NCBI GenBank assembly: GCA_965248575.1
Contig: CBDFJQ010000002.1
Coordinates: 2,784,001-2,848,000 of the forward strand
DNA from: Planctomycetota bacterium
Lineage (GTDB): Bacteria; Planctomycetota; B15-G4
Reading direction: 5' to 3'
DNA length: 64,000 bases
The position numbers and the translations under genes are program-made. The stretch's first letter is position 1; the number at the start of each line of letters is the position of its first letter. Below, piece after piece: positions 46,009 through 54,680 of this stretch. The notes under the pieces were generated by a model, which was given only the letters and a program-made list of their open reading frames with translations, was not told the origin of the DNA and searched no databases.

Positions 46009-48153
46009 GTGAACACTCTCTGGAACCTGCTGACGACCGCGGCTGAAAGCCACGGCACCAGCTCCTTTCTCACTGACCTGCGCACCGAGGGCAGCCTCTC
46101 CTACAACGATCTCAAGGCCCAAAGCGAGGCTGCGTCCTCCTGGCTGGCCCAGCAGGGCGTGGAGCCCGGCGACCGGGTCGTCTACATCACCAAGAACAAC
46201 CCGCTGTTCTTCCCGCTCCTGTTCGGCTGTGCGCACCGAGGTGTGGCCCTCGTGCCCGTCAACGCGGACAACGACCGCCGCGAAACGGACGACGTGCTCG
46301 CAGACTGCGAGCCCAAGCTCGTGCTCTGCGATGCCGAGGGCGCCGAAGGTTGGCTGCACCTGGATGCCACGCTTCAAGCACAGGTCTTCGCGGGTGAGCA
46401 GGCCGCCGAACCCGAAAGCTGCCCGCCCGAGCAGGACGGCCTGATCATCTACACCTCCGGCACCACGGGCCGCAGCAAGGGTGTCGTCCTGAGCCACAAG
46501 AACCTGACCACCATGGCTGGGACCCTGGCGTCGGTCTACAGCTATGCGCCCGGCGAGCGCTTCCTGAGCTTGCTGCCCTACTACCACATCAACGCGCCTG
46601 TCGTGACTGGCCTGGCCTGTATCGCTGGCGGATGCCATGTGCTGGTGACGGACCTCTACGGCTTCACGAATGCTCGATTGATCTTCCCGTTCGTGGAGAA
46701 GCACGGCCTCAACGTCTTGAGCCTGACGCCCTCCATCATGGCGTCGCTGCTCAAGCTCAATCCGGACGGCACGGACGCTGACCTCTCCAGCCTGCGCCTG
46801 GGCCTGGTGGGCACAGCGCACCTCCCGGAACCGCTCTGGCGGCGTTTCGAGGAGGTCTTCGGCATTCCCTGCTACCAAGGCTACGGGCTCACGGAGACCA
46901 CCACCTGGGCCACCATGACGCCGCCCGATGAGCGGAAGCGCTACGACTCTGCCGGCATCGCCATCGGGTCAGAGATTCGCGTCGACGAGAACGCCGGCTC
47001 GGAAGTGTTGATCCGAGGCGACATCGTCATGAACCGCTATCACAACCGGAAAGGGCTGACCAAGAAGCAGTTCCGCGAAGAGTGGTTGCGCACAGGAGAC
47101 ATCGGTCGCATCGATGAGGATGGCCAGCTGTTCATCACCGGCCGCATCAAGAACATCATCAAGCGACGCGGGGTGCTCATCTCTCCAGAGGAGATTGACA
47201 ACGTGCTGCGCCAATTCCCTGGAACCAGGGATGCGTGCACGGTGGGCGTCCCCGACGAACTGTCCGGCGAGCGCATCATCTCCGCTTGTGTCGTGGACGA
47301 GTCGCAGCTCGAGGCCCTGCAGGCCCACGCACGCGCCGCCCTGTCCGCCTACAAGCACCCCGACGAATTCCTCGTGGTCGGTGAGGTCCCCAAGACCGAC
47401 ATGGGCAAACCGGACCTGGCCCAGCTGCGCAAGATCGCTAGCGGCGAGAAGGCCGACGAGGTCGTCAAGAGCTTCGACGTCTATCGCTTCCGTCGCGCGC
47501 GCAGCGATGACATGCCCCAGATCGAACGCATGGTGCAAGACGCCCTGGTGCAGGCAGGAACCCTCGACTTCGCGGGCTTCTGGGGAGTGGGCTCGCGCTC
47601 AGAACTCGCCAAGCCCGACATCGTGGCCATGGATCGGCTCAAGAGCTTCCTGGACGCCATCGCCGACGCGGCCGGGCGCCCGCTGGCCACCTTGGAGCTG
47701 ATCCTGGCGGACATCCACGCGCGCTGCAACAAGGTGGCCCCGGAGATCCACGAGCCCTACTTTGCAGCCATCGACGCCTTGGCCAAGGAGCGCGGCATCC
47801 AGACTTCGTGGCTGAGCCAGGTCTGGGATGAGCACGCGCTGCGCTTCGAAGACGTGCTGCAACAGATGCAGACCAACGAGCGCCTCGAAGAGTGGGAGAA
47901 CTTCACGCTGCGCTCGGACTTCCTGAACCAGGCCTCCAACCGCTGTGCCGACGAAAGCCTCGTGGAAGACCATGCATACCGCTACTTCTTGACCATCACG
48001 ACCGAAAACCCCGCAGTCGCCGCCAGCTTCCGCGACAAGATCTTCTTCACGTACAACGGGCCCGAGTTTCGCATCGCCCTACCGCAGCTCCCGCTAGTGC
48101 ACCTGCACTCCTTGAAGCCGGGGACCGCCGCCAAGCCGTGGTTCAAGGGCTAG
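46009..48153 (+). CDS. Class I adenylate-forming (acyl-CoA/acyl-ACP ligase) enzyme with an extra C-terminal domain of about 230 aa
   Basis: YTSGTTGRSKGV, GYGLTET, RTGDIG, GR.K..IK and PKTDMGK motifs, followed by an unassigned domain ending KPWFKG. Confidence 0.88.
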   Translation: MNTLWNLLTTAAESHGTSSFLTDLRTEGSLSYNDLKAQSEAASSWLAQQGVEPGDRVVYITKNNPLFFPLLFGCAHRGVALVPVNADNDRRETDDVLADCEPKLVLCDAEGAEGWLHLDATLQAQVFAGEQAAEPESCPPEQDGLIIYTSGTTGRSKGVVLSHKNLTTMAGTLASVYSYAPGERFLSLLPYYHINAPVVTGLACIAGGCHVLVTDLYGFTNARLIFPFVEKHGLNVLSLTPSIMASLLKLNPDGTDADLSSLRLGLVGTAHLPEPLWRRFEEVFGIPCYQGYGLTETTTWATMTPPDERKRYDSAGIAIGSEIRVDENAGSEVLIRGDIVMNRYHNRKGLTKKQFREEWLRTGDIGRIDEDGQLFITGRIKNIIKRRGVLISPEEIDNVLRQFPGTRDACTVGVPDELSGERIISACVVDESQLEALQAHARAALSAYKHPDEFLVVGEVPKTDMGKPDLAQLRKIASGEKADEVVKSFDVYRFRRARSDDMPQIERMVQDALVQAGTLDFAGFWGVGSRSELAKPDIVAMDRLKSFLDAIADAAGRPLATLELILADIHARCNKVAPEIHEPYFAAIDALAKERGIQTSWLSQVWDEHALRFEDVLQQMQTNERLEEWENFTLRSDFLNQASNRCADESLVEDHAYRYFLTITTENPAVAASFRDKIFFTYNGPEFRIALPQLPLVHLHSLKPGTAAKPWFKG

Positions 48154-48159
48154 CCGGGC

Positions 48160-49167
48160 CTAGGGAATGGACTCACCCAGTGGGCTCCACTGGATGTCCA
48201 TCACCAGCGAGTAGAGGCGCTTGACGAAGTAGCTCCTCCAGAAACCGTTGCGGCGGTTGGCTGAAGGAATGGGCTCCGGGGGTTTCCACGCCGTCCGATA
48301 ATCCGCCTGAGACTTTGCGACCAAGGCGTGCACCTGGTTCATGCGTGGCTTCAGCGCCTCGTGAACAATCCCTGCGATGCGTCGGTGAATCGCTTCGGTG
48401 GGGTGAGGGTCCTCGGGATACAGGTAGTACTCCTCCTCGTAGACCACTCCCAGGGATCCCAAGTTGTGAAAGAACGTCTGTCGGGTGTTCTGGAGATGGC
48501 GCTGGAACGCTTGCGGGATCTCCGTCTCACCCAGCATGAAGGCCGCGATGGGCAGCTTGCGCTCCGTGCTGATCTCGAGTGCATGCATCAGGTTGCCGGT
48601 CCGCTTTCCCTCGGAACCCTTCTCGCTGATCTGCCACAGAACGAGATCTGGCTGGAAATAGAGCACCCGCCGCAGCACGCGAGGCAAGCCGTGCACCGTC
48701 TGGGGCATGGCCAGGTTGAACACCTCATAGCGCCGCCCGTCCGAACCGCCAGACGGCAGCGCAGCGTTGAGTGACTGCTCCAACACGGCTGGCCAGGTGT
48801 CGCTGAAGGCGATCCCCGAACCGAGGCTGAGCGACCCACCTATCACTGCGATACGAAAGCGTTCGGGGGCCTTTTCGAGGACGGCGTCCGGGCCCCGGAA
48901 GCCGAGGTTGTTGACCCGGAACGGCGCCCCTTTGCGAACCCCCTCCTGCTTCGGCAGCATCCCCCAGCTGGCGAGATGCTGCATGGATTCAACCGGTGGA
49001 TTCACCGCATAGGGTGACTGCTGCAGGTTGGTCATCCCATACATCTCGTCGTAGCTGAGCCCCGCGACACCGAAGGACTTGACCCGTTGCAAGGCCTCTC
49101 CAACCAGGAAGAGGCTCACGACGATCACGAGGACCTTGAGGGTTGGGCGGATCAGGCGGCGCATCAT
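48160..49167 (-). CDS. Membrane-anchored SGNH/GDSL hydrolase-fold protein (AlgJ/DltD/PatB-like candidate)
   Basis: N-terminal TM ending GE; NNLGFRG, RIAVIGGSLSLG, QPDLV and DPHP motifs. Confidence 0.75.
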   Translation of the reverse strand: MMRRLIRPTLKVLVIVVSLFLVGEALQRVKSFGVAGLSYDEMYGMTNLQQSPYAVNPPVESMQHLASWGMLPKQEGVRKGAPFRVNNLGFRGPDAVLEKAPERFRIAVIGGSLSLGSGIAFSDTWPAVLEQSLNAALPSGGSDGRRYEVFNLAMPQTVHGLPRVLRRVLYFQPDLVLWQISEKGSEGKRTGNLMHALEISTERKLPIAAFMLGETEIPQAFQRHLQNTRQTFFHNLGSLGVVYEEEYYLYPEDPHPTEAIHRRIAGIVHEALKPRMNQVHALVAKSQADYRTAWKPPEPIPSANRRNGFWRSYFVKRLYSLVMDIQWSPLGESIP

Positions 49168-49189
49168 GATGATTTGGAAGGAGGCGTGA

Positions 49190-49531
49190 TTACGCCCCCT
49201 CACCCGAACTCCACGCCTCTTCGAGGGAGGTCGCAGTGATGCCCCCGTGCGATGCATGCCAGACCGGCGAGCCATCCACGAAGAGGATGGCCTGTGGCGA
49301 TTGGTGTGCCACACCGCACGCCTCGGCCAAGCCCCGAGCCACTGCTCGATCGCCGATCACGTCCACGAAGAGCCGCGGCACCTCAGGCTGTGCCGTCCGG
49401 AAGGTAGCCCACTCACGGTGAGCCTTTGCGCTGGTGGGTCAGACGGGCGAGTGCTTGAACAAGAGCACCCGGCGATGGGCGGCCAGGCCGGCCCGAAACT
49501 CATCCATGCTGTGCAGGGCAATCTCGCTCAT
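49190..49531 (-). CDS. YtxJ/BrxC (DUF2847) thioredoxin-fold protein, probable selenoprotein (UGA at codon 31)
   Basis: Read-through translation MSEIALHSMDEFRAGLAAHRRVLLFKHSPV*PTSAKAHREW...GVAHQSPQAILF..G..VWHASHGGIT matches the family pattern FKHSxxCxxS..H(E/Q)SPQ..WHASH. The ATG overlaps the cyaY stop (ATGA). Confidence 0.8.
49385..49425 (-). promoter_or_regulatory. Candidate bacterial SECIS stem-loop
   Basis: By-eye fold AGGCU-CA-CCGU-GAGUGG-GCUA-CCUUC-CGG-ACGG-CAC-AGCCU, starting 13 nt after the UGA. The apical loop begins with G about 30 nt downstream. Confidence 0.45.
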
Positions 49532-49851
49532 CGGAGGGCGATCTCCTCACCGAGCTTGGCGCTCAACAGCTGCTCGAGGGCAGCCAGCAACTCGATGCTT
49601 CGCTTGTCGCACTGCCATTGCGAGCCGGTCCAATCGAAGTGCCACCCGCCCCCGGGTTCTGCCAGCCAGATCTGGTTGGCGGCGCTCTGACGGTTGATGA
49701 TGAAGATCGTGCCGTCCTCGAACTCGAGGGTCACCTTGCCGTCGGCGCTGTCCACATCGAAGGCCTCATGGTCCAGGGCGTCCAAGCGTTCCACCAGGGC
49801 ATCCAAGGTGACGACCACCTGCTTGAGGACCGCCTCATCGGGCTCGACCAT
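49528..49851 (-). CDS. cyaY: Frataxin family iron donor protein
   Basis: Acidic helix; DVD..DGKVTLEFEDG..FIINRQ....QIWLA...GGWHF.....QW pattern. Confidence 0.9.
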   Translation of the reverse strand: MVEPDEAVLKQVVVTLDALVERLDALDHEAFDVDSADGKVTLEFEDGTIFIINRQSAANQIWLAEPGGGWHFDWTGSQWQCDKRSIELLAALEQLLSAKLGEEIALR

Positions 49852-49979
49852 GAGAGTGTTCCAACTCAGTGAGTGGTGTGGAGGGGTCAGGATCGCCGAG
49901 CGATCCGCGCGGATTGCGCGGACAACGCATGGCGAGTCGCAGCGTTCGATAGCATACTCGCCCGCATGGGACACACACG

Positions 49980-50279
49980 ATGACGACCCCGGACAGCCGT
50001 CCAGACCTGACACCTGAGGAACAGGCGTCCGAGGACCCGGAAGGAGCTCCGACCAGCCGCAACCTGGGGCCGCAACCCCTGGCCGGCCTGCTCGAAGTGC
50101 ACGGCCTAGCACCCAAGGACCTGGTCAAGGCCTCCTCCGAACAGATCACCCACAAGATGGTGACCCGGGGTGCCAAGGGGCGCTGGCTGACGGCCAACGT
50201 GCGCGGCAAGCTCCTGCGCGCCCTGAATGTCGCGACGGGCCAGGCCTATGGGCAGGGCGAGTTGTTCAACTATCGGTAG
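49980..50279 (+). CDS. Small hypothetical protein (possibly HTH-like)
   Basis: 99-aa ORF filling the gap; RNLGPQPL..DLVKAS.EQITHKMV.RG.KGR.LT..LFNY looks like a conserved small protein. Confidence 0.65.
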   Translation: MTTPDSRPDLTPEEQASEDPEGAPTSRNLGPQPLAGLLEVHGLAPKDLVKASSEQITHKMVTRGAKGRWLTANVRGKLLRALNVATGQAYGQGELFNYR

Positions 50280-50338
50280 GCTAGCGCCCGCATGAAGGCG
50301 GGTTGGTTTACGGCAAGCAGACGGAGGGCGTTCGAAGC

Positions 50339-52294
50339 ATGGAGAGCATCACACCCAACCGAGCGCGATCTGCCCTCGGCATCCTGATTGGCCTCGTCAT
50401 CTCGGTGCTGCTTTCCTCAGCTCTGGTGTATTCGGCGGCCAAGGCAGGCATCACTCCGGGCGTCAGCCCGCTCGTGGTGCTCTTCGGCTGGGTGATCTTC
50501 GGCTCTTTCATGCGTGGCAAGCTCAAGAGCTTTCTGGCCATCGCCCAGGTGACGGGCAGCGCCGGCTCGGCGGTTACGGCGGGAGTGGTGTTCACGGCTC
50601 CCATCGTGCAGATCGTGTACCGGGAGGCCGGTCTCGAAGTCCCCGCCGTGGACGTACCGGTGCTGATCGTCGGCTCAATCGCCGGCTCTCTCATGGGCTT
50701 CGGGTTCGTGGGGCTCGCCACCCAGCGCTTCCTCACCGATCCACGCCTCCCGGCCCCCGAGGCCGTGGCGGCCGACCGGCTCATCTCCACCGCCGTCGCC
50801 AACCCGGACAAGCGCCCGCGCCTGTCCATCTCGCTTTTTCCCGGCTTGCTGGCCGGCTTGATCCTGAACACCTTCCTGCAGCTCAGGTGGATGGGTGAGC
50901 ACGCCTTCACGGCCGTCACGGGCTCGCCCTTCGGCGGTGGCGACGACACGGCCGCAGCGGACACCGCTGCGGCGGACGGCCACGACGCCTCGAACATCGA
51001 GCTTCCCCTGCCCGTCTCGCCGCTCTACTTCGGCATCGGCGCCCTGCTGACACTGCCCACGGCCTTGCTGGTGTTCGCAGGCGGCCTGGTGAACGCCACC
51101 ACCAAGGCCTACTCAGGGGCCCATGCCCTGCCTGACACGACCTTCCGTTGGGTGGGCGGCGCGGCCATGACCGTAGCGGTGGTCTACAGCCTCATCGCCT
51201 ACGTGATCGAGGGCCGCAAGCGCAACGCCGCGCTCGCTGCCGCAGCCGCTGGCGGTGACGAAGTCACCTCCGACGAGGACCCGCTGCTCGAACAGAGCCC
51301 AGGCGTGAAGCGCATGCTGTTCGGCTCCATCGCGCTTGGCGCGATCTTGCTCTTCGCCATGATGGCGATGGTGGGCGCCCCCACCCTCCCGCTGATCGCC
51401 ATGGGACTCGTGGCGCTCGTGTTGGTGTCCCTGCTCTCAGGGCTCGGCGGCCTGCTCTCACTGCAGGTGGGCGCCTCGGCCTCGCCGGTGTCCGGCACCG
51501 TGTTCATGGGCATGTTGATCTTGAGCATCACGGCGCTCGGCGTGGGCATGTCGGGCATCGAGGGCATCATCTTCCTGGTGCCCATCGTGGTGGCCGCCTG
51601 CGTGGCCATCTGTGCTGCCAACGACAGCAGCCAGGACTACAAGACCATGCAGCTCAACGGCTTCCGGGTGAGCGACGGATTCGTGGGCCAGCTGGTGGGC
51701 CTGCTGGGCGGAGCGATTGCAGTGCCGCTCACCCTGTACCTCGCCCACGAGTCGGCGCTCAAGCAGGGCGGCCTGGGGCTGGGCGCCGACGGCTTGCCCG
51801 CTCCCCAGGCGAGCTTCTTCGGCACGGTCCTGCAGTCGCTCTTCCTAGACGCCGAGATCCCCTGGGGGCCCATCGGCGCCGGGGCTGTGCTGGGCGTCGT
51901 CGCCGTTTCGCTCGAGATGTTCGGCAAGGCCAAGGGCATCATCCTCAGCTCGTTGGCCTTCGCCGTTGGCATCTACCTGCCCAGCTACATCGGCACCGGC
52001 ATGATGCTCGGCGCCGGAGCCCGCTTCCTGGCCACCCGCAACGTCGCCAAGACCACTCACGAGGGCATCTTGGTCGCCGCCGGCCTCATCACGGGCGACG
52101 CCTTCGCGTCCCTGTTCCTGGGCCTGCTCTACTTCTTCGAGGCAGACGTCCCCGCCTGGGAGGTGGGCGGCGACGCCATGTCCTGGATCCCCGCCACCGA
52201 GTTCGCGCCGATCGTGGGCAAGCTGTTGTTCTTCGGCCTCATCGCGTTGATCTTCGTGAACTACCTCAAGAAGCGCAGCGCCCAGGCGACCTGA
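50339..52294 (+). CDS. OPT/YSL family oligopeptide transporter
   Basis: Many TMs; PE, SPVSG, QDYKT, LPAPQA, AVGIYLP and AGLITGD motifs; GGAGG RBS. Confidence 0.85.
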   Translation: MESITPNRARSALGILIGLVISVLLSSALVYSAAKAGITPGVSPLVVLFGWVIFGSFMRGKLKSFLAIAQVTGSAGSAVTAGVVFTAPIVQIVYREAGLEVPAVDVPVLIVGSIAGSLMGFGFVGLATQRFLTDPRLPAPEAVAADRLISTAVANPDKRPRLSISLFPGLLAGLILNTFLQLRWMGEHAFTAVTGSPFGGGDDTAAADTAAADGHDASNIELPLPVSPLYFGIGALLTLPTALLVFAGGLVNATTKAYSGAHALPDTTFRWVGGAAMTVAVVYSLIAYVIEGRKRNAALAAAAAGGDEVTSDEDPLLEQSPGVKRMLFGSIALGAILLFAMMAMVGAPTLPLIAMGLVALVLVSLLSGLGGLLSLQVGASASPVSGTVFMGMLILSITALGVGMSGIEGIIFLVPIVVAACVAICAANDSSQDYKTMQLNGFRVSDGFVGQLVGLLGGAIAVPLTLYLAHESALKQGGLGLGADGLPAPQASFFGTVLQSLFLDAEIPWGPIGAGAVLGVVAVSLEMFGKAKGIILSSLAFAVGIYLPSYIGTGMMLGAGARFLATRNVAKTTHEGILVAAGLITGDAFASLFLGLLYFFEADVPAWEVGGDAMSWIPATEFAPIVGKLLFFGLIALIFVNYLKKRSAQAT

Positions 52295-52307
52295 GCAGGC
52301 ACCGCCC

Positions 52308-53225
52308 TCAGCGGGCCGCGAAGGTGAATGCGACCCTGCCCCCGCCTTCCTGGTCGGCGAGGAACAAGATGTTGCCTTCGGGTTGGTCGACGTACTCGAC
52401 CACCCAGCGGCGTGTCGTGAAGTCGACCGGAACTGTCGAATTGGGAACGGGCGACGCGGGAGCCGAAAAGGTGACGTCCCCTTCGAAGCCGTCGCCCTGG
52501 CCACTCAGGTGAAGCGTTGCGTCGTCCGCAGAACTCAAGTCGCTGAAGCTGGCCAGGAAATCCCAACGCAAGGCCGTGAGGGACACGGTCACGGAGAAGG
52601 CCTCGTCAAACAGGACCCGCTGCGTGATCTCGAGCGGTGACCTGATGCGAAAGAGGAATCCGATGTTCGCCTTCTTCTCCAGCAGCAGCGCGAGCTTCTC
52701 GAAGCGCTTCGCCAGCAGGGTGTAGGTCTTGTCGAGCTCCCGCCCCATCTCCACTGATATCTGATCCAGTCCTGTGCCATGGCCGTAGTGCAGCACCGCG
52801 GGTGGATCGCTGTCGTCCGGTGCCGTGTCCACGAAACCTGCGTAGACGACCATCCCATCAGCAACGATCGTCGAGAGGGCGGCTTCCATAGCCTCCGCCA
52901 CCTCGAGCTGGAAGTCCTCCACATCGTCCAGCAGATTCAGGAAGTTCACGCTGCTGAAGTCCCCCGACTTCACCTCGGCCTGGAACATCTTGAGGCGCAG
53001 GAGGACCACCTGCAATTCCGTCTTGAGCTTCGCCTTGAAGTCTTTCGCGGCCGTCTTGGTGGCGCCCTTGAGCTCCTTGACGGCCTGCTTCTCGGCCTGC
53101 TTCAGGCTCTGGGCGGAGACGGGCACGCTCACGACCCCGAGCACAATCAGCGCGACGAAGCCAACCACCCATGAGCGCTTCCAGACGGAGAGGCGACGGA
53201 CGGGACGACAACGAAACGGCGGCAT
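52308..53225 (-). CDS. Secreted hypothetical protein (Lys-rich helical N-domain, beta-rich C-domain)
   Basis: Signal peptide ending VSA-Q; KQAEKQAVKELKGATKTAAKDFKAKLK segment. Confidence 0.6.
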   Translation of the reverse strand: MPPFRCRPVRRLSVWKRSWVVGFVALIVLGVVSVPVSAQSLKQAEKQAVKELKGATKTAAKDFKAKLKTELQVVLLRLKMFQAEVKSGDFSSVNFLNLLDDVEDFQLEVAEAMEAALSTIVADGMVVYAGFVDTAPDDSDPPAVLHYGHGTGLDQISVEMGRELDKTYTLLAKRFEKLALLLEKKANIGFLFRIRSPLEITQRVLFDEAFSVTVSLTALRWDFLASFSDLSSADDATLHLSGQGDGFEGDVTFSAPASPVPNSTVPVDFTTRRWVVEYVDQPEGNILFLADQEGGGRVAFTFAAR

Positions 53226-53316
53226 GGTGGCCTCCCAAGGTTGAGAATCCAGGTGACGGCAAGCCTAGCAATCCGAACAATCCACGACTCACAGCGCGCC
53301 ACCCGGAGTCCAGCCC

Positions 53317-53709
53317 ATGCCCGACTACAACCCCCTCACCCCCGAAGAACAGCGCGTGCTACTGAACAAGGGGACCGAGGCCCCCGGCATCGGTGAGTAC
53401 ACCGACACCACGGACAAGGGCACCTACGTCTGCCGCCAGTGCAACGCCCGCCTCTACAGCAGCAGCTCCAAGTTTCACAGCGGCTGCGGCTGGCCCAGCT
53501 TCGATGACGAGATCGCCGACGCCGTGGGCCACCACGCGGACGCCGACGGCATGCGCACCGAGATCGTCTGCAAGAACTGCAGCGGCCACCTGGGCCACGT
53601 GTTCACAGGCGAAGGCTTCACGGACAAAAACGCCCGCCACTGCGTGAATTCCATCTCGATGATCTTCCATCCCGAGGGCGCGGACATCCCGGCCGTGATC
53701 ACCCGCTAG
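53317..53709 (+). CDS. msrB: Peptide methionine (R)-sulfoxide reductase, Zn-binding
   Basis: GTE, CRQC, KFHSGCGWPSF, RTEI.CKNC, HLGHVF and RHCVNS motifs. Confidence 0.95.
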   Translation: MPDYNPLTPEEQRVLLNKGTEAPGIGEYTDTTDKGTYVCRQCNARLYSSSSKFHSGCGWPSFDDEIADAVGHHADADGMRTEIVCKNCSGHLGHVFTGEGFTDKNARHCVNSISMIFHPEGADIPAVITR

Positions 53710-53715
53710 GGCTGG

Positions 53716-54573
53716 TCACTCCCGGCGACGCGCCGACACCGGGCGGTACACCACTCGCGGCGCCCAGGTCGCCACATCGATACGCTTTGCGAAGAGCAAG
53801 GACTCCGGCTCGCCCACGGCCTCTTGTGCGTGCGGAAGCAGCCCCTCTTGCGTTCGGATCGTGGCCTCGGCCGCTTGCAGTGGCCACGGTGCGTGGTGCA
53901 CATCGCCGCGGAACACCCGCCCGTCCGGGGCCACCGAGAACAAGCAGTAGCGTTCCGTCAGCCAATGCTCCAAGGAACCCCGGTCGGCACGAAACACCTC
54001 GCCCGTCGGTGAGTAGCTGGCCTCGAACACGGCCTGCTCGCCCGACTTGGCTCGGCGCCGCGAACGGTAGTGGAATTGCTCGCCCTCCTGCCGCTGCTCC
54101 ATGCTCGCCAGGTGATAGGGCAGATGAAACCAGCGGCGCGCCGTGGCCACGACGAGCTTGCTCGTCGCATCCAGGCTGAAAAAGTAGACGCCCGGCGTCT
54201 CGCCTACACGCACGTAGGTGCGCACGTTGAGCTCTGGAAAGCTCGACGTGCTGGGGACTGGAGGCAGCCCCCTCAGATGCACCCCCGCCATGCGAAAGGG
54301 CACCACGCCGATCCACGCTCGGTCCCCGAACACGTCGGGCGCGAGCCCGGCAGGCAGCAGCGCCCGCAGGCTGGCCACGGGCAGCGACCAATGGGCGAAG
54401 AGCAAGTCGCGCCAGCTCTGCTTCAGCACCCACACGCGCCGGGGCGGAGGGAAGCTGCGGTGGCTGGCGTCGAGGTCCATGGCCCGCCTTCCGGGGATGC
54501 CGAAGCCCGCCGTGGAGATGCGCCTCATCGCGAACACGGCCAGCCCCACCGTTGTACTCCAGACGCCGCCCAC
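53716..54573 (-). CDS. YqjF/DUF2071 family protein
   Basis: [36 protein letters not shown] and H.PWPL motifs. Start probably about 54480-54528. Confidence 0.88.
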   Translation of the reverse strand: MGGVWSTTVGLAVFAMRRISTAGFGIPGRRAMDLDASHRSFPPPRRVWVLKQSWRDLLFAHWSLPVASLRALLPAGLAPDVFGDRAWIGVVPFRMAGVHLRGLPPVPSTSSFPELNVRTYVRVGETPGVYFFSLDATSKLVVATARRWFHLPYHLASMEQRQEGEQFHYRSRRRAKSGEQAVFEASYSPTGEVFRADRGSLEHWLTERYCLFSVAPDGRVFRGDVHHAPWPLQAAEATIRTQEGLLPHAQEAVGEPESLLFAKRIDVATWAPRVVYRPVSARRRE

Positions 54574-54680
54574 ATCTCAGCTCAAGCCCGGCAACGGGAA
54601 TGGTCGATGGCTCACACGGAGTCAGCTGGTTCTCAAGAACGAGGACCCACGACAACACCGGACCCACAGCGAGAAGATCC

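Noticed and set aside
45998..46012. Four-codon mini-ORF ATG AAC GCC TGG TGA bridging the sulfotransferase stop and ligase start
   Set aside because: Could aid translational coupling but is too short to distinguish from chance.
44266..48153. NRPS/PKS secondary metabolite cluster
   Set aside because: No condensation, ketosynthase or thioesterase domains; the MBOAT/SGNH context fits envelope acylation better.
49190..49531. Pseudogene interpretation of the YtxJ-like gene
   Set aside because: The only lesion is a TGA at the catalytic Cys codon, with intact motifs and a coupled start. A TGC-to-TGA mutation is not excluded but is less parsimonious.
53317..53709. MsrB as a second selenoprotein
   Set aside because: The catalytic residue is encoded by TGC (RHCVNS); no in-frame TGA.
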